The translations under genes were made by a program, and so were the position numbers. From contig NW_008246122.1 in the NCBI RefSeq assembly GCF_000281045.1, positions 243,301 to 307,300 of the forward strand: 64,000 nt of DNA, given 5' to 3'. The first letter of the stretch is position 1. Each line of letters starts with the position of its first letter. Origin of the DNA: Saprolegnia diclina VS20 (lineage: Eukaryota). Shown piece after piece: positions 12,118 to 22,401 of the stretch. The notes under the pieces were generated by a model, which was given only the letters and a program-made list of their open reading frames with translations, searched no databases and was not told where the DNA came from.

Positions 12118-12993
12118 ATGATTCAGCGAACACGGCGCAGCGACGACGACCTGGACGACGCTGACGTTGACGCTGTGCGTGAGGACGCGGCGCTGCTCGA
12201 CATCGTCGACGGCTATGCGCGCTCCAAGCCGCAGGTGCACCCGCTCGACGTCGAGGCGACGCTCTGCGAGAAGATTGTACTGTGCGTCGTCAGCCTCGTC
12301 CTCGTCACGATTGCGGTCGCCTGCGTCCATGCCATTTGGACGACCAAGTTGTGCGTCCTGATCCGCGATAGCCACCGCGAAGTTAGGTATCGAGGGCCTA
12401 ACGAATGTTTCGACCAGTCCGAGATCGATGGCATGCTGCGCGGATTGGCGCAGACCTTGACGACGTCGCTGACGGCGCATGGCATCGAGTACTGGCTCGA
12501 CAGCGGGACGCTCCTCGGCGCAATCCGTACGGGCACACTCAACCCCAACGACATGGACCTCGACGTGGGCATGGGCGTCGAGGCGTTTGCGACGCTTGGC
12601 ACGACGCCACTGGCCTTGCCCGAGCGCTACAAGCTCGAGATCGTCAACAGCACTTTGTATCCCACCAAGACGCGCGACGCTGCGCTGCCCGGTCGGTTCA
12701 TTGACAAGACGTCGGGTCTCTACCTCGACATCTTTGTCTTCTTGCCGTCCATCAACGAGAATGGAACAGCGCTGCTCGGTCCCGAGGCGTCGGGCTGCTG
12801 GCACGAGTGCGTGGCCTGCGAGGGCCGGCCCAAGCACTTTGTCGTACCGCGAGATTGGATCTACCCCCTCGTGCCCTGCAATTTCGAGTCGGTCCGCGCC
12901 CGCTGCCCGGCCAACGTCGACGCATACTTGACGCACTTGTACGGGCCATCGTACATGACGCGGAGCTGGGACCTCCACAACTATATTCCATAA
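12118..12993 (+). CDS. LicD-family (fukutin-like) phosphotransferase, type II membrane protein
   Basis: Single 291-aa ORF. N-terminal TM (IVLCVVSLVLVTIAVACV); YWLDSGTLLGAIR and NDMDLDVG (DxD) motifs; LYLDIF; IYPL...FE...YLTHLYG C-terminal motif. Confidence 0.85.
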   Translation: MIQRTRRSDDDLDDADVDAVREDAALLDIVDGYARSKPQVHPLDVEATLCEKIVLCVVSLVLVTIAVACVHAIWTTKLCVLIRDSHREVRYRGPNECFDQSEIDGMLRGLAQTLTTSLTAHGIEYWLDSGTLLGAIRTGTLNPNDMDLDVGMGVEAFATLGTTPLALPERYKLEIVNSTLYPTKTRDAALPGRFIDKTSGLYLDIFVFLPSINENGTALLGPEASGCWHECVACEGRPKHFVVPRDWIYPLVPCNFESVRARCPANVDAYLTHLYGPSYMTRSWDLHNYIP

Positions 12994-13199
12994 GCGTAAA
13001 TTTTGAAATGCTTTGACAGACTTGCAAATCGATTCGTGAACTTCACGAAACGACGATTGTATCCCGGAAATATGCCCTCAGCAACAAGTGGCGCACAGTC
13101 TTCTACGACCTCTCGGCCATTCGGCCATGGACGGCCTCGATCCCTTGACCTTGTGTCATGTTCGCAACACGTTCGCCCGCTCTCTTGTGGCAGCCAAGT

Positions 13200-13675
13200 A
13201 CTTAGTCGAGGCCCGTGCTCTCTGTTTGGAGAAACGGCGCTGACAGACCTCGGAGCTGCTCACATGTCGACCGTAGCGACCATGTCGATCCTCTTCGGTA
13301 TAGCCAGCCATCAGCTCTTCGGCTATGACCAAGCAATAGATTGGTTCCGCAAGTGCTTGGATGCGCAGCTTTGATCGGCTTCAGGCGGAGCCAAACCGTC
13401 GAAGCCAAGGCGCTGTTTGAAGATACATGTGCAGGATCGTAATTACGGCCCACTGATGCTGCATCATTCAACCTCGGTTTGACGTACCGCTTCCTTGGCG
13501 ACTACGCAGCGGCTGAGGCGCTCTGGCTTCCGATCTGGGACAGGTTCCAAAAGAGTCCACCAGCGCCAGGGCTGTACATTCACTTGCTCTTTCTGCTCGC
13601 GATGCTCTACTGGTCCAAGGGCGACTACGTCCTCGAGAAGCAGTACATGCTCGACACCTTGGCGTGGTGTCTGGT
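13200..13675 (+). pseudogene. Fragment of the TPR-ZZ family gene
   Basis: DYDQAIDWFRKCLDAQL-like and TYRFLGDYAAAEALWLPIWDRFQKSPPAPG segments match 59434-61554, with deletions and stops. Confidence 0.8.
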
Positions 13676-13731
13676 TGCTAGTGCGTTTCACAGTGTTGGC
13701 TTCGTCTTGCAAAATACGCGTAGGTGCGTGC

Positions 13732-13916
13732 NNNNNNNNNNNNNNNNNNNNNNNNNNNNNNNNNNNNNNNNNNNNNNNNNNNNNNNNNNNNNNNNNNNNN
13801 NNNNNNNNNNNNNNNNNNNNNNNNNNNNNNNNNNNNNNNNNNNNNNNNNNNNNNNNNNNNNNNNNNNNNNNNNNNNNNNNNNNNNNNNNNNNNNNNNNNN
13901 NNNNNNNNNNNNNNNN
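13732..13916. other. Assembly gap (185 N)
   Basis: Run of N. Confidence 1.
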
Positions 13917-14856
13917 CGCGCAGCGCCAATCCCGAGTGTGGCGTGTGCACTTGCGATAGTGCACGGCAGCGTGGTAGGATACTGTGCGCGATAGCGCAAT
14001 GCACGAGTGTAGCGAATGCATAGGGTATGGATGGGTCCTGCGCGACCTCAATACAGTACTACGCGTGGTGTTAGATCAACGTGTTCGATCGTGAGATTAG
14101 GATTGTATCTGGATGTTACGTTTGCTTTGCAGGTATCAATTGCAATTCGCGCGCCAAGCACAGAGCAGAAGACCCGGTCATTGTGGGGCCGTCAGTTTCG
14201 GGCCGAGCGCAAGTGCGAGCAGTGGAATCGCCACGCTGCATACGCCCTGCAGACATCGACCCCGATCGAGGAGGCCAAGGAGCTCAAGCGAAAGATCACC
14301 ACGAGGCAGAGGTGGCGGCAGCGAACCAAGGCGTCGACCGTGACCGCCACTGCACCTCCAGGGGAAGCGCGCGCGTGCAGTGGCCGCGCCTGTCACAGTA
14401 GAATTGCTGGGCCTGCAAATCCGAGAAGCGATTCTTTAAACCACCTCATGAACGTTATACATCCTGGAATGTTGATCAAGCTGCTGTGGCATCTATGCAT
14501 GAAGCGGCTAAGAAAGAGCTCTTCCTGGCGGCGGCTCTAACAATAACAATTCACATCTAAGCAAGATTGGGACGATGCACCACCCTCACCGCACAATGGA
14601 AAATGAATTTGACGTTGTTTCCACTGGAGCCCTACGAAGAATCCACCAGGTGCACCGTAGCACAGAGGAGGTTGCACCGCAGTGTCGTTTCCGGCTGAAG
14701 GCCGGTAGCGGCCTGCTGGGCACCGCAACGAAGCGGAGGTCGCGTCCGTCGCACGCGTCGTCACATATTCGCCATGTGAATGCGTGTTTGCAGTAAGGAG
14801 GTGCGTTGGACGTGCATAGTACACGAGCCCGTAAGGGTGGAAGACATCCACACTGT

Positions 14857-15235
14857 CCAAGCTACGACACAGACATACCGCTAGGTTGCACGCGGCCCCG
14901 ACACCAAACTGAAATCAAAAAGCGCGCCAGAACCTGCGCAAACCTTCTCCACGAATCAAACCACTATGCTTGCTTCACAGAAAGACCGCTAGATGGCCCA
15001 CCGGCCCTATGCCCCACCTCGACCACAAAGACCAACCACACCCTGCCCCAAGAAAACGCGAGGTTTGGGGCAGGGTACGTTGAGCTTCAATGCACATGAT
15101 CCCGTCCACCGACGAGTCCAAACTACGTCACACGTAGTACGCGATCCCACCGCTAGATTGCACGCTACCCCAATGCAAAACCTCAACCAAAGAGCTCGAC
15201 CAAAACCTGCCCCAAGAAAACACGAGGTTAACCCT
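14857..15235 (+). repeat. Degenerate tandem repeat, three copies of a ~85-nt core
   Basis: CCGCTAG(A/G)T starts at ~14878, ~14987 and ~15149. CCTGCCCCAAGAAAAC(G/A)CGAGGTT occurs at ~15042 and ~15206. Confidence 0.55.
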
Positions 15236-15810
15236 AGTGCTCTTTTTGCTTGCGCAGCTTATTTGGTCCAAGCGCGACTACGACCTCGGGAAGCAGTACA
15301 TGCTCGACACCTTGGCGTGGTGTCTGGTNNNNNNNNNNNNNNNNNNNNNNNNNNNNNNNNNNNNNNNNNNNNNNNNNNNNNNNNNNNNNNNNNNNNNNNN
15401 NNNNNNNNNNNNNNNNNNNNNNNNNNNNGGTATAGCCAGCCATCAGCTCTTCGGCTATGACCAAGCAATAGATTGGTTCCGCAAGTGCTTGGATGCGCAG
15501 CTTTGATCGGCTTCAGGCGGAGCCAAACCGTCGAAGCCAAGGCGCTGTTTGAAGATACATGTGCAGGATCGTAATTACGGCCCACTGATGCTGCATCATT
15601 CAACCTCGGTTTGACGTACCGCTTCCTTGGCGACTACGCAGCGGCTGAGGCGCTCTGGCTTCCGATCTGGGACAGGTTCCAAAAGAGTCCACCAGCGCCA
15701 GGGCTGTACATTCACTTGCTCTTTCTGCTCGCGATGCTCTACTGGTCCAAGGGCGACTACGTCCTCGAGAAGCAGTACATGCTCGACACCTTGGCGTGGT
15801 GTCTGGTTGC
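15236..15810 (+). pseudogene. Fragments of the TPR-ZZ family gene on both sides of a 100-N gap (15329-15428)
   Basis: LFLLAQL.WSK.DYDLGKQYMLDTLAWCL before the gap. 15429-15863 duplicates 13297-13731. Confidence 0.8.
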
Positions 15811-16084
15811 TAGTGCGTTTCACAGTGTTGGCTTCGTCTTGCAAAATACGCGTAGGTGCGTGCGGACAAATCAAGGGGAAATCATCTTGCCCAGAGTGAA
15901 AATGGGATGAAAATGGGCAATTAAGTGGTTGAAATCAGCATCGAGATGACCTGTTGCTGAAACTAGTTTATTGCGGACACATTTAAAATCAGTTTAATAT
16001 TATCATACGATTTGTAAACATTTCACAATATTTTATTTCAAGGTGGCTGAACGCACGCAACCGATTTTGAACCGTGCCAGCGCA

Positions 16085-17824
16085 ATGTTCCGCAGCCGGA
16101 AGGGAGCCAAGAAGACCCAAGGCAAGCGGCAGGTCGACGCCGACGAAGAGGTTCCGGCCAACGTACCAGCAGTAGCCGAAGCTGCGCCTGATGTAGTAGA
16201 CGTCGACGCTGACGACAGCGTCGAAGCCATCCGCTTGCGCCTCCAGAAGAAGCACAAGAAGCCACTGAGCGCGACCACGACCAAGAAGCGGGTCGTGGCC
16301 ATCGATCTGGACGACGACGCGCCCGAGTTTCGCGTTCGCAAAGGCAAGATCGCGCGGGTGGACGCGCCGGTCGAGGCCGAGCGCGCATCGACCTCCGGCG
16401 CTGGCGAGTACTCACGCGAGAAGCTCGCCGAGCTCCTGGCCCAACAACAGTACGCATCGACGGCCGCGCCACCAACCCACGACGAGCCGCCGATCGACGA
16501 CGAAGCACCGGTCGTTGTAGAGAGGCCGACCGAGCTGCCTGTGTCACCGCCGCATGACACAGCATTTGTGCCCGAGAACTTTATCCCGATGGGCGACCGG
16601 CGTCGTGCGCCGTCGCCGCCACCACCCGTGGAAGAAGCGTCGCTCTCAGAGCCCGACGACATCGACATGGGCAACGACGACGATGGCACCGACGCGCAGT
16701 GGGAGAACGAGCAGCTGCGGCGCGCTGGGCTTCCGATTCCGGCGGCGTCGCCCGTCTTGCAGCAGCGCGACCTAAGCTTTCGATCGTTTGGCTCGCTTCT
16801 CCTCTCGCTTGAGGCAACGACCGAAGCTCTCACGGAGCGTGTGGACCTCCGGGACCGCGACCGCATGCGGGCGTCGGTCGACGCAGCCCATGCCTCCAAC
16901 GCGATCCGCGATCTCGAGAGCCAGCTGGAGAAGGACGCACAGACCTTTGACGTTGCGCAAGACATGTGGGAGTATCTCTCGACGCTCTGCTTTTGCTTGC
17001 GCGCCAAGCTCGATACGATCGCTTCGATCGAGGCGCTCGTGCCCCAGGACAAGCGCATGGTACTGATGAGCGAGGCCATCTGGGCCGACGTCGACGACGA
17101 CTACAGCGACTTGCAGCATGTGTTAGCGCGCTTTGCCGCGTGGAAGGCTGCAGACGGTGGTATGTATGCGGCGGCGTACGGGGATCTGGCCCTTGCGCAG
17201 CTCATATGTCCATACGTTCGCGTCGAGTTGGCGACGTGGCAGCCGTGGACATCGTCGCGCACCTTCCACGACATGCGCTGGCGCACGCTTCTGGAGCACG
17301 AAGCGCTGTACGAAGCCGCGATGGCGCTCGTCCAAGAGCATCTGCGGCGGTACCTTCCGCACCTCAACGTCTGCTCGCCGACCCAGCTTCAGAATTTGCG
17401 GCGACTTGTGACCCTCTTGACGCCCGAGAGCCGCCCGATCCACGCCGAGATGCTCAGTCAATGCCTCGTGTCCGTTCAAGCGCTGGACTTTGCCAGCATG
17501 AGCAGCGTGGACCTGCGGCTCCTCAAAGACGGCGTCAAGGCGCTATATGGGGCGGATGCGCGCTACGATTGCGTCCTTGAAGCGCTGCTGGAAGGCGAGG
17601 CGCGCCACTGGATGCAGACATGTGCGACGGCCGGAACGACACCCAGTCATGTACAAGGCATCGCCGCCGCCGTCGATCTGTGGCCACACGGCAAGATGTT
17701 CCCAAACCTCCTCGTCAACTATGCCGTGCTGCTGCGGCGCTTTGTCGCGGACGCCACCTCGGACTCGGACGTGGCATTGGGCCAGGACGTCCTCGCCCGG
17801 GTCGAAGCCAAGATACGCGGATAA
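16085..17824 (+). CDS. GCFC/PAXBP1-like (Ntr2-related) spliceosome-disassembly factor
   Basis: Long single ORF starting MFRSRK. Contains QWENEQLRRAG, a coiled coil, and the GCFC domain IWADVDDDYSDL..VLARFAAWK...Y..AY.DLAL...PYVRVELATWQP. Confidence 0.8.
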   Translation: MFRSRKGAKKTQGKRQVDADEEVPANVPAVAEAAPDVVDVDADDSVEAIRLRLQKKHKKPLSATTTKKRVVAIDLDDDAPEFRVRKGKIARVDAPVEAERASTSGAGEYSREKLAELLAQQQYASTAAPPTHDEPPIDDEAPVVVERPTELPVSPPHDTAFVPENFIPMGDRRRAPSPPPPVEEASLSEPDDIDMGNDDDGTDAQWENEQLRRAGLPIPAASPVLQQRDLSFRSFGSLLLSLEATTEALTERVDLRDRDRMRASVDAAHASNAIRDLESQLEKDAQTFDVAQDMWEYLSTLCFCLRAKLDTIASIEALVPQDKRMVLMSEAIWADVDDDYSDLQHVLARFAAWKAADGGMYAAAYGDLALAQLICPYVRVELATWQPWTSSRTFHDMRWRTLLEHEALYEAAMALVQEHLRRYLPHLNVCSPTQLQNLRRLVTLLTPESRPIHAEMLSQCLVSVQALDFASMSSVDLRLLKDGVKALYGADARYDCVLEALLEGEARHWMQTCATAGTTPSHVQGIAAAVDLWPHGKMFPNLLVNYAVLLRRFVADATSDSDVALGQDVLARVEAKIRG

Positions 17825-18387
17825 GATGTAGTATGGTTGTCATCGTCTTGCGTTGTGGTGTCATCGCATTTCAATGGGGGCAGACCGCACAGATAGACGC
17901 GTGCCTATTGCAGCTTCGTACTAGTCACTGTGTCTCTAGTTCACAAGGACGTTGAATCGTTCGATACGGGGCTTGTTGCATCCGTGGTTGCAAGAAACGT
18001 GCTGTGCAAATAGCAAATACCCGACGAGCAGATGATGGCCGTGGCGCTGGATTTGATCGTTCGATCGTCGAACGTAGAACAGCAGGTTCTCTGCGTTCGA
18101 CGGCCTCTGTTGCAGTCTCCACGCCAAAGATCGGTCTACGTACACCGGCACCTGCTAGAGAAAGACACGTAGAATGCAACGAGAAGGGTCCCAGCGCATG
18201 CACTGCGTTGTACGCCGGCGAGGCCGTCGCGCCAGCTTGGTGGCCCAAGTGCAATCTGGATCTTGGCCGCCCGTATCTATGTCACGCCAGCGCACTTTAC
18301 GGAATCGCATACAAATATAGAGATGAAACGGCCAAGGTGCGGTTTGCCGCTGATCGGCGGTGTCGACCGCATTTGGCGATTTGAAGC

Positions 18388-20039
18388 ATGGGCCTCCGAC
18401 CGCTGCTTCTGCTGCTGCTGGCGCTCGCCGCCCACGCCGTCCACGTCACGGTGTACCGCAATGGCGAGTCAGTAGACGGCGTCGCTGTCGACGTCACGCC
18501 CGCCATGGCGACCTCCGGGCTCGACCTCGCGACGCATCTCTCGACATTCCTGCCCGTCGATGGCATGCTCGACGACGCGTCGGTGAAAACGACGGTCGCC
18601 GATCGCGTGTACAATGGCCGCGGTCAGCTCGTCGAGTCCATCGACCACATCGAAGAGAACGAGCGTCTGTACCTCGTGGCGCCGGGCCTGCTCTTTGTCT
18701 GGCCGTTTGTCGAGGTACATTTTCCCCAATATTCGCTCGATGGTGTATGAACATAGACGTGTAGCTGGGCCACACGGTCTCGGTCGAGTCGACGCAGAGC
18801 CCGACGCAAAAGCCGATCGTGCTCGAGTCCTTTAACGAGTCGCCGCGCGTGTTTCTCATTCACGACTTCTTCACCAACGACGAAGCGGACGGCCTCGTGA
18901 AGCGTATTCTAGAGATTGACAATGAGCATTCCAAGCTCCAGCGGTCGTTTGTCGGCCACCAGAGCGGCGCCAAATTGTACGAATTGTCGATTTTTTGCAG
19001 TCCAGTTTTACACTCTTTTGCTAGGACATCGACGGTGCGCACGAGCGAGAACGCGTTCGACTCCGAGTCGGAGATTGCCGTGAGCCTCAACAAGCGTGCG
19101 TTTGATTTGCTCGGCATTGGTGACTACCAAGGTATATTTATGGGTTTTCTGATGAAAAAAATGGAAATGTGAGATTTTTGACTAGACGATATGGCCGACG
19201 GTCTCCAGCTGCTGCGGTACCAGCAAAAGCAAGCGTACATTCCCCACACCGACTACTTTGGCGTCGACACGAGCCCCGACTGGAACTGGAACCCGAAAAC
19301 CGGCGGCTCCAACCGGTCTGTCTCGTCAATCTCGATCTCGCGATCACTGATGCGATATTGTAGCTTTGCTACCGTGTTTTTGTACCTAAGCAACGTCACC
19401 CGCGGCGGCCAAACAGTGTTCCCGCTGACCAACATGCCGGAGGGCATTGCCCACGCCCAAGTGCCGACCGACGACGAGCTCGGCATCTTTGAGAAGGGCA
19501 GCTGGGAAGCCAAGATGGCCATGCAGTGCCACACCAAGTACGCTACCACAATCGTGCGATGTAGCGTGCTTAGGACGATTTTAGGCTGGCGTCGTACCCG
19601 CGCAAGACGCACGCCGTCTTGTTTTACAGCCAAAAAGGCAATGGCGAACTCGACCCGATGTCGGAACACGGCGGGTGCCCGGTCCTCGACGGCACCAAAT
19701 GGTATATTTCCGTCTCTTTCTTGTCGTGTTGCTTATATAGGACGTAGGGCGGCGAACCTCTGGGTGTGGAACCGGCGCCGGTACGGTCTTGATGGCACCA
19801 AGATTGACGTGACGTTTCACAATAACCTCGATGTGCCCGTCGAACTGTACTGGTCGACGACGCGCATGCAGGAGATTGCGGCCCACAGCCAAGCGTTCTT
19901 CAAGTCGTACGACGGCCACGAGTGGACGCTCAAGGACTTGGACGGCAACGATCTCCGCACGCACCGCCTCGCGCAGGCTGACGGCCTCACTCAGTCGATT
20001 AGCGTGCCGGTCGATACGCCGACCAAGGACGAGTTGTAA
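18388..20039 (+). CDS. ER-resident prolyl 4-hydroxylase (2OG-Fe(II) oxygenase) with extra N- and C-terminal domains; multi-exon
   Basis: Signal peptide; SPRVFLIHDFFTNDEAD; VRTSENAF; LQLLRYQQKQAYIPHTDYF (HxD); RFATVFLYLSNVTRGGQTVFP; SEHGGCPVLDGTKWAANLWVWN; C-terminal KDEL. Confidence 0.9.
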
Positions 20040-20188
20040 GCTTGAAGAAGCATCTCTATGTGTGCTGTATTTTGGCGTCACTACACTCTACCAGCTCAAA
20101 GTTCGCCACGTCAGAGCCCTCACTGGTATCGGCAACAGCCAAACGCTCGGGAAATCGATTATTCAGCTAGCCCTACCCCTACCCCTAT

Positions 20189-21700
20189 CTACATTGACCT
20201 CGGAATTCGCGTTTGGAGGTTTTTAAGGTCAGCACGGTCCTGCAGGCTCAGTGTCGGCAGTCGCGCACGCTTCACGGCAGCATCTGTGAGCGTGCCGTAT
20301 GCGTTGCGGCTCACATTCAGACGCCGAAGCGAGCTGAGGTGTGGTAGCGCGCGAGCAATCGCATCGACGCCGGCACTTCCAATGCCGTTAAGCGAGACAT
20401 CGAGCACCGTGAGGGTCCACCACGATGGCAACACGGTGGCGAGAGCAATGGCGTGGTGGTCTTGTAGAGTATTGCGACGAAGGTCCAGCACTCGAAGCGA
20501 CGCTGGCAAAGCTACCATGAGCTGCTTGAAGCTCGGTTCGGTGACGTTGGCGCTGTTGAAAGTCTGGTTGGTAAGGCGAAGCAGATGCAAGCAATGGGAG
20601 GCTTCAAGCGCTGTTGCCAGTGTCGCAACACCGTGGGTTGTGACCATGTTACCATCAAGCACGAGGCGCTCAAGACGCCGTAAGACGGGTGCCAGTGCCG
20701 CGATGTCGTTCGCATCGAGAGCAATGTTCTTCAGCGTGAGCGCGTTGAGACGGCGCAGTGACGCGATTATCGTCACGGCCATCGGCAGCGCGGCAAATGG
20801 ACAAGCCCAGGGCTGCAACACCCGGAGGCTCGTCAGGTGCTGCAAACGCGGCGCGCCAGCGAGGACAACCGAGTCGCTGTGGGCGCTGAGCGACGTGAGT
20901 TTCGGCGGCAGTGATGTGTGCAGTCGAGGCGGGCAGTACGTGGCAACGTCGCACGTCTGCAACGTCAGCGCGGTGATCGTCGGTGACTGCAAGAGGACGT
21001 CATAAAAGGCGGCAAAGGTCGCGGCATCGGCACGCTCGAGCGTCAATGAAACTAAATGCACGTGGCGCAGTGGCGACGCCTGCAACCAGCGGGTGAGCGT
21101 CTCGAGAAAACCATTCGCGAGCGGCGTTGGCCACTTTGCCGCTGCAACGCACGTCACCACGACGCTGGTCGCGCGCGATATCGACAGTGCTGCGATGAGA
21201 TCGACGCTCTGCGGTGAGTGCGGGCAGACGACGTCGAGATGGCGCAGCCGACGGAGGCCGCGCATGGCATCTTGCAGGCGCGAGAACATGGCTGGTGTCC
21301 ACGTGCTATCGATGCGGATCTCAAGCGCCGTGAGCGCGTCGACAGCGTGCGTCATGCAGCGTTGAAAGAGCGTCATGTCGTGGAGACCCAGCCACGCGAG
21401 CTTGGGCAGGAGTCCGTTGGATTCCTGGTTGCCGTGCACCGAGATGCCAGCCTGCGGATAGAGCCGCAGCGCGGAGAGCACAAGGCAGAGCAATTGCGAG
21501 TCCTTGTACGTCTCCTTGGGCAGACGAAGGCGGGGCCAAAAGCATCGCCACTCGACGGCCGTCGCGAGGTGACGCAGATCCAGAAGAGCCGTCGAGAGAT
21601 AAGTCTCTGGCATCGCAATGAGGAAGGCGTCCATGGACTCGGCCGTCTCGAGGAACGAAGCAACATGCTCCAAGGCGTCCGGTGTCAGGGACGGTGTCAT
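20189..21700 (-). CDS. F-box-like / RNI-like leucine-rich repeat protein, copy A
   Basis: Intronless ORF. N-terminus LTPDALEHVASFL (F-box-like). RI-type repeats LxxLxLxxNxI (LTVLDVSLNGIGSAGVDAIARAL). Confidence 0.8.
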   Translation of the reverse strand: MTPSLTPDALEHVASFLETAESMDAFLIAMPETYLSTALLDLRHLATAVEWRCFWPRLRLPKETYKDSQLLCLVLSALRLYPQAGISVHGNQESNGLLPKLAWLGLHDMTLFQRCMTHAVDALTALEIRIDSTWTPAMFSRLQDAMRGLRRLRHLDVVCPHSPQSVDLIAALSISRATSVVVTCVAAAKWPTPLANGFLETLTRWLQASPLRHVHLVSLTLERADAATFAAFYDVLLQSPTITALTLQTCDVATYCPPRLHTSLPPKLTSLSAHSDSVVLAGAPRLQHLTSLRVLQPWACPFAALPMAVTIIASLRRLNALTLKNIALDANDIAALAPVLRRLERLVLDGNMVTTHGVATLATALEASHCLHLLRLTNQTFNSANVTEPSFKQLMVALPASLRVLDLRRNTLQDHHAIALATVLPSWWTLTVLDVSLNGIGSAGVDAIARALPHLSSLRRLNVSRNAYGTLTDAAVKRARLPTLSLQDRADLKNLQTRIPRSM

Positions 21701-21970
21701 GTTGCTGCGTCGTGTTGCAAATTCCATCGTGTGCTGCGTCAGCTTTCTGGTTGTCGGTTGGGGTGAGGGTTGCACTTTCCTTACAACCCGGTCACCCCAT
21801 GCGGTGACCCCATCGGGCTGTCTAACCGATTGGCAAACGGTTAGGCGAGTGATGGTCATGACCACGAACCACTGGAATTATCTTTTATCGATCCTTGCTG
21901 CCTCCAAGAGAATCAAAAGCATCGTACTGGTCCGCTTCAACCTCGAGCAACTGCTTTGTCCAACTCGTAG

Positions 21971-22005
21971 CAACCCGAACCCTGAGCCGCTCAGGGTTCG
22001 GGTTG
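21971..22005. repeat. Perfect 17-bp inverted repeat with 1-nt spacer
   Basis: CAACCCGAACCCTGAGC-C-GCTCAGGGTTCGGGTTG. Confidence 0.95.
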
Positions 22006-22401
22006 AGAATGAGGTTTCGAATGTCCACCCCGCCAACGACGGTTTGCGAGGGCTTGTATAGCCTAGAGAATACGTTACATTGTACAATATGTATCGTGTT
22101 GGACGATTCTGATGCCAAAAGCTCTGGCCAACAGGACGCAATGCTCAATTATTTTTGAAGTAACGTCGCTTGAGTTTGATTTTGCGAGGCTGCAAGCACC
22201 AGTGCTTCTTGAGCACTCATGTTGAGCACTAGTGCTTCCGCGTAAGTAATGTATGCAACGTTGCTTGCATGGGTGTGAGTGTCTCCTGACCAGTCATTTT
22301 TGCAAAGCACCACGATCTCTGTGCACCATTCATTTGTGATGACTAAACCCATCCAACAGTGCGTTGACGTACGGTCCATGAGAGAGCAATCAACTCCCTT
22401 G

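Noticed and set aside
15429..15863. Exact duplication of 13297-13731
   Set aside because: Both copies touch N gaps; probably an assembly artefact.
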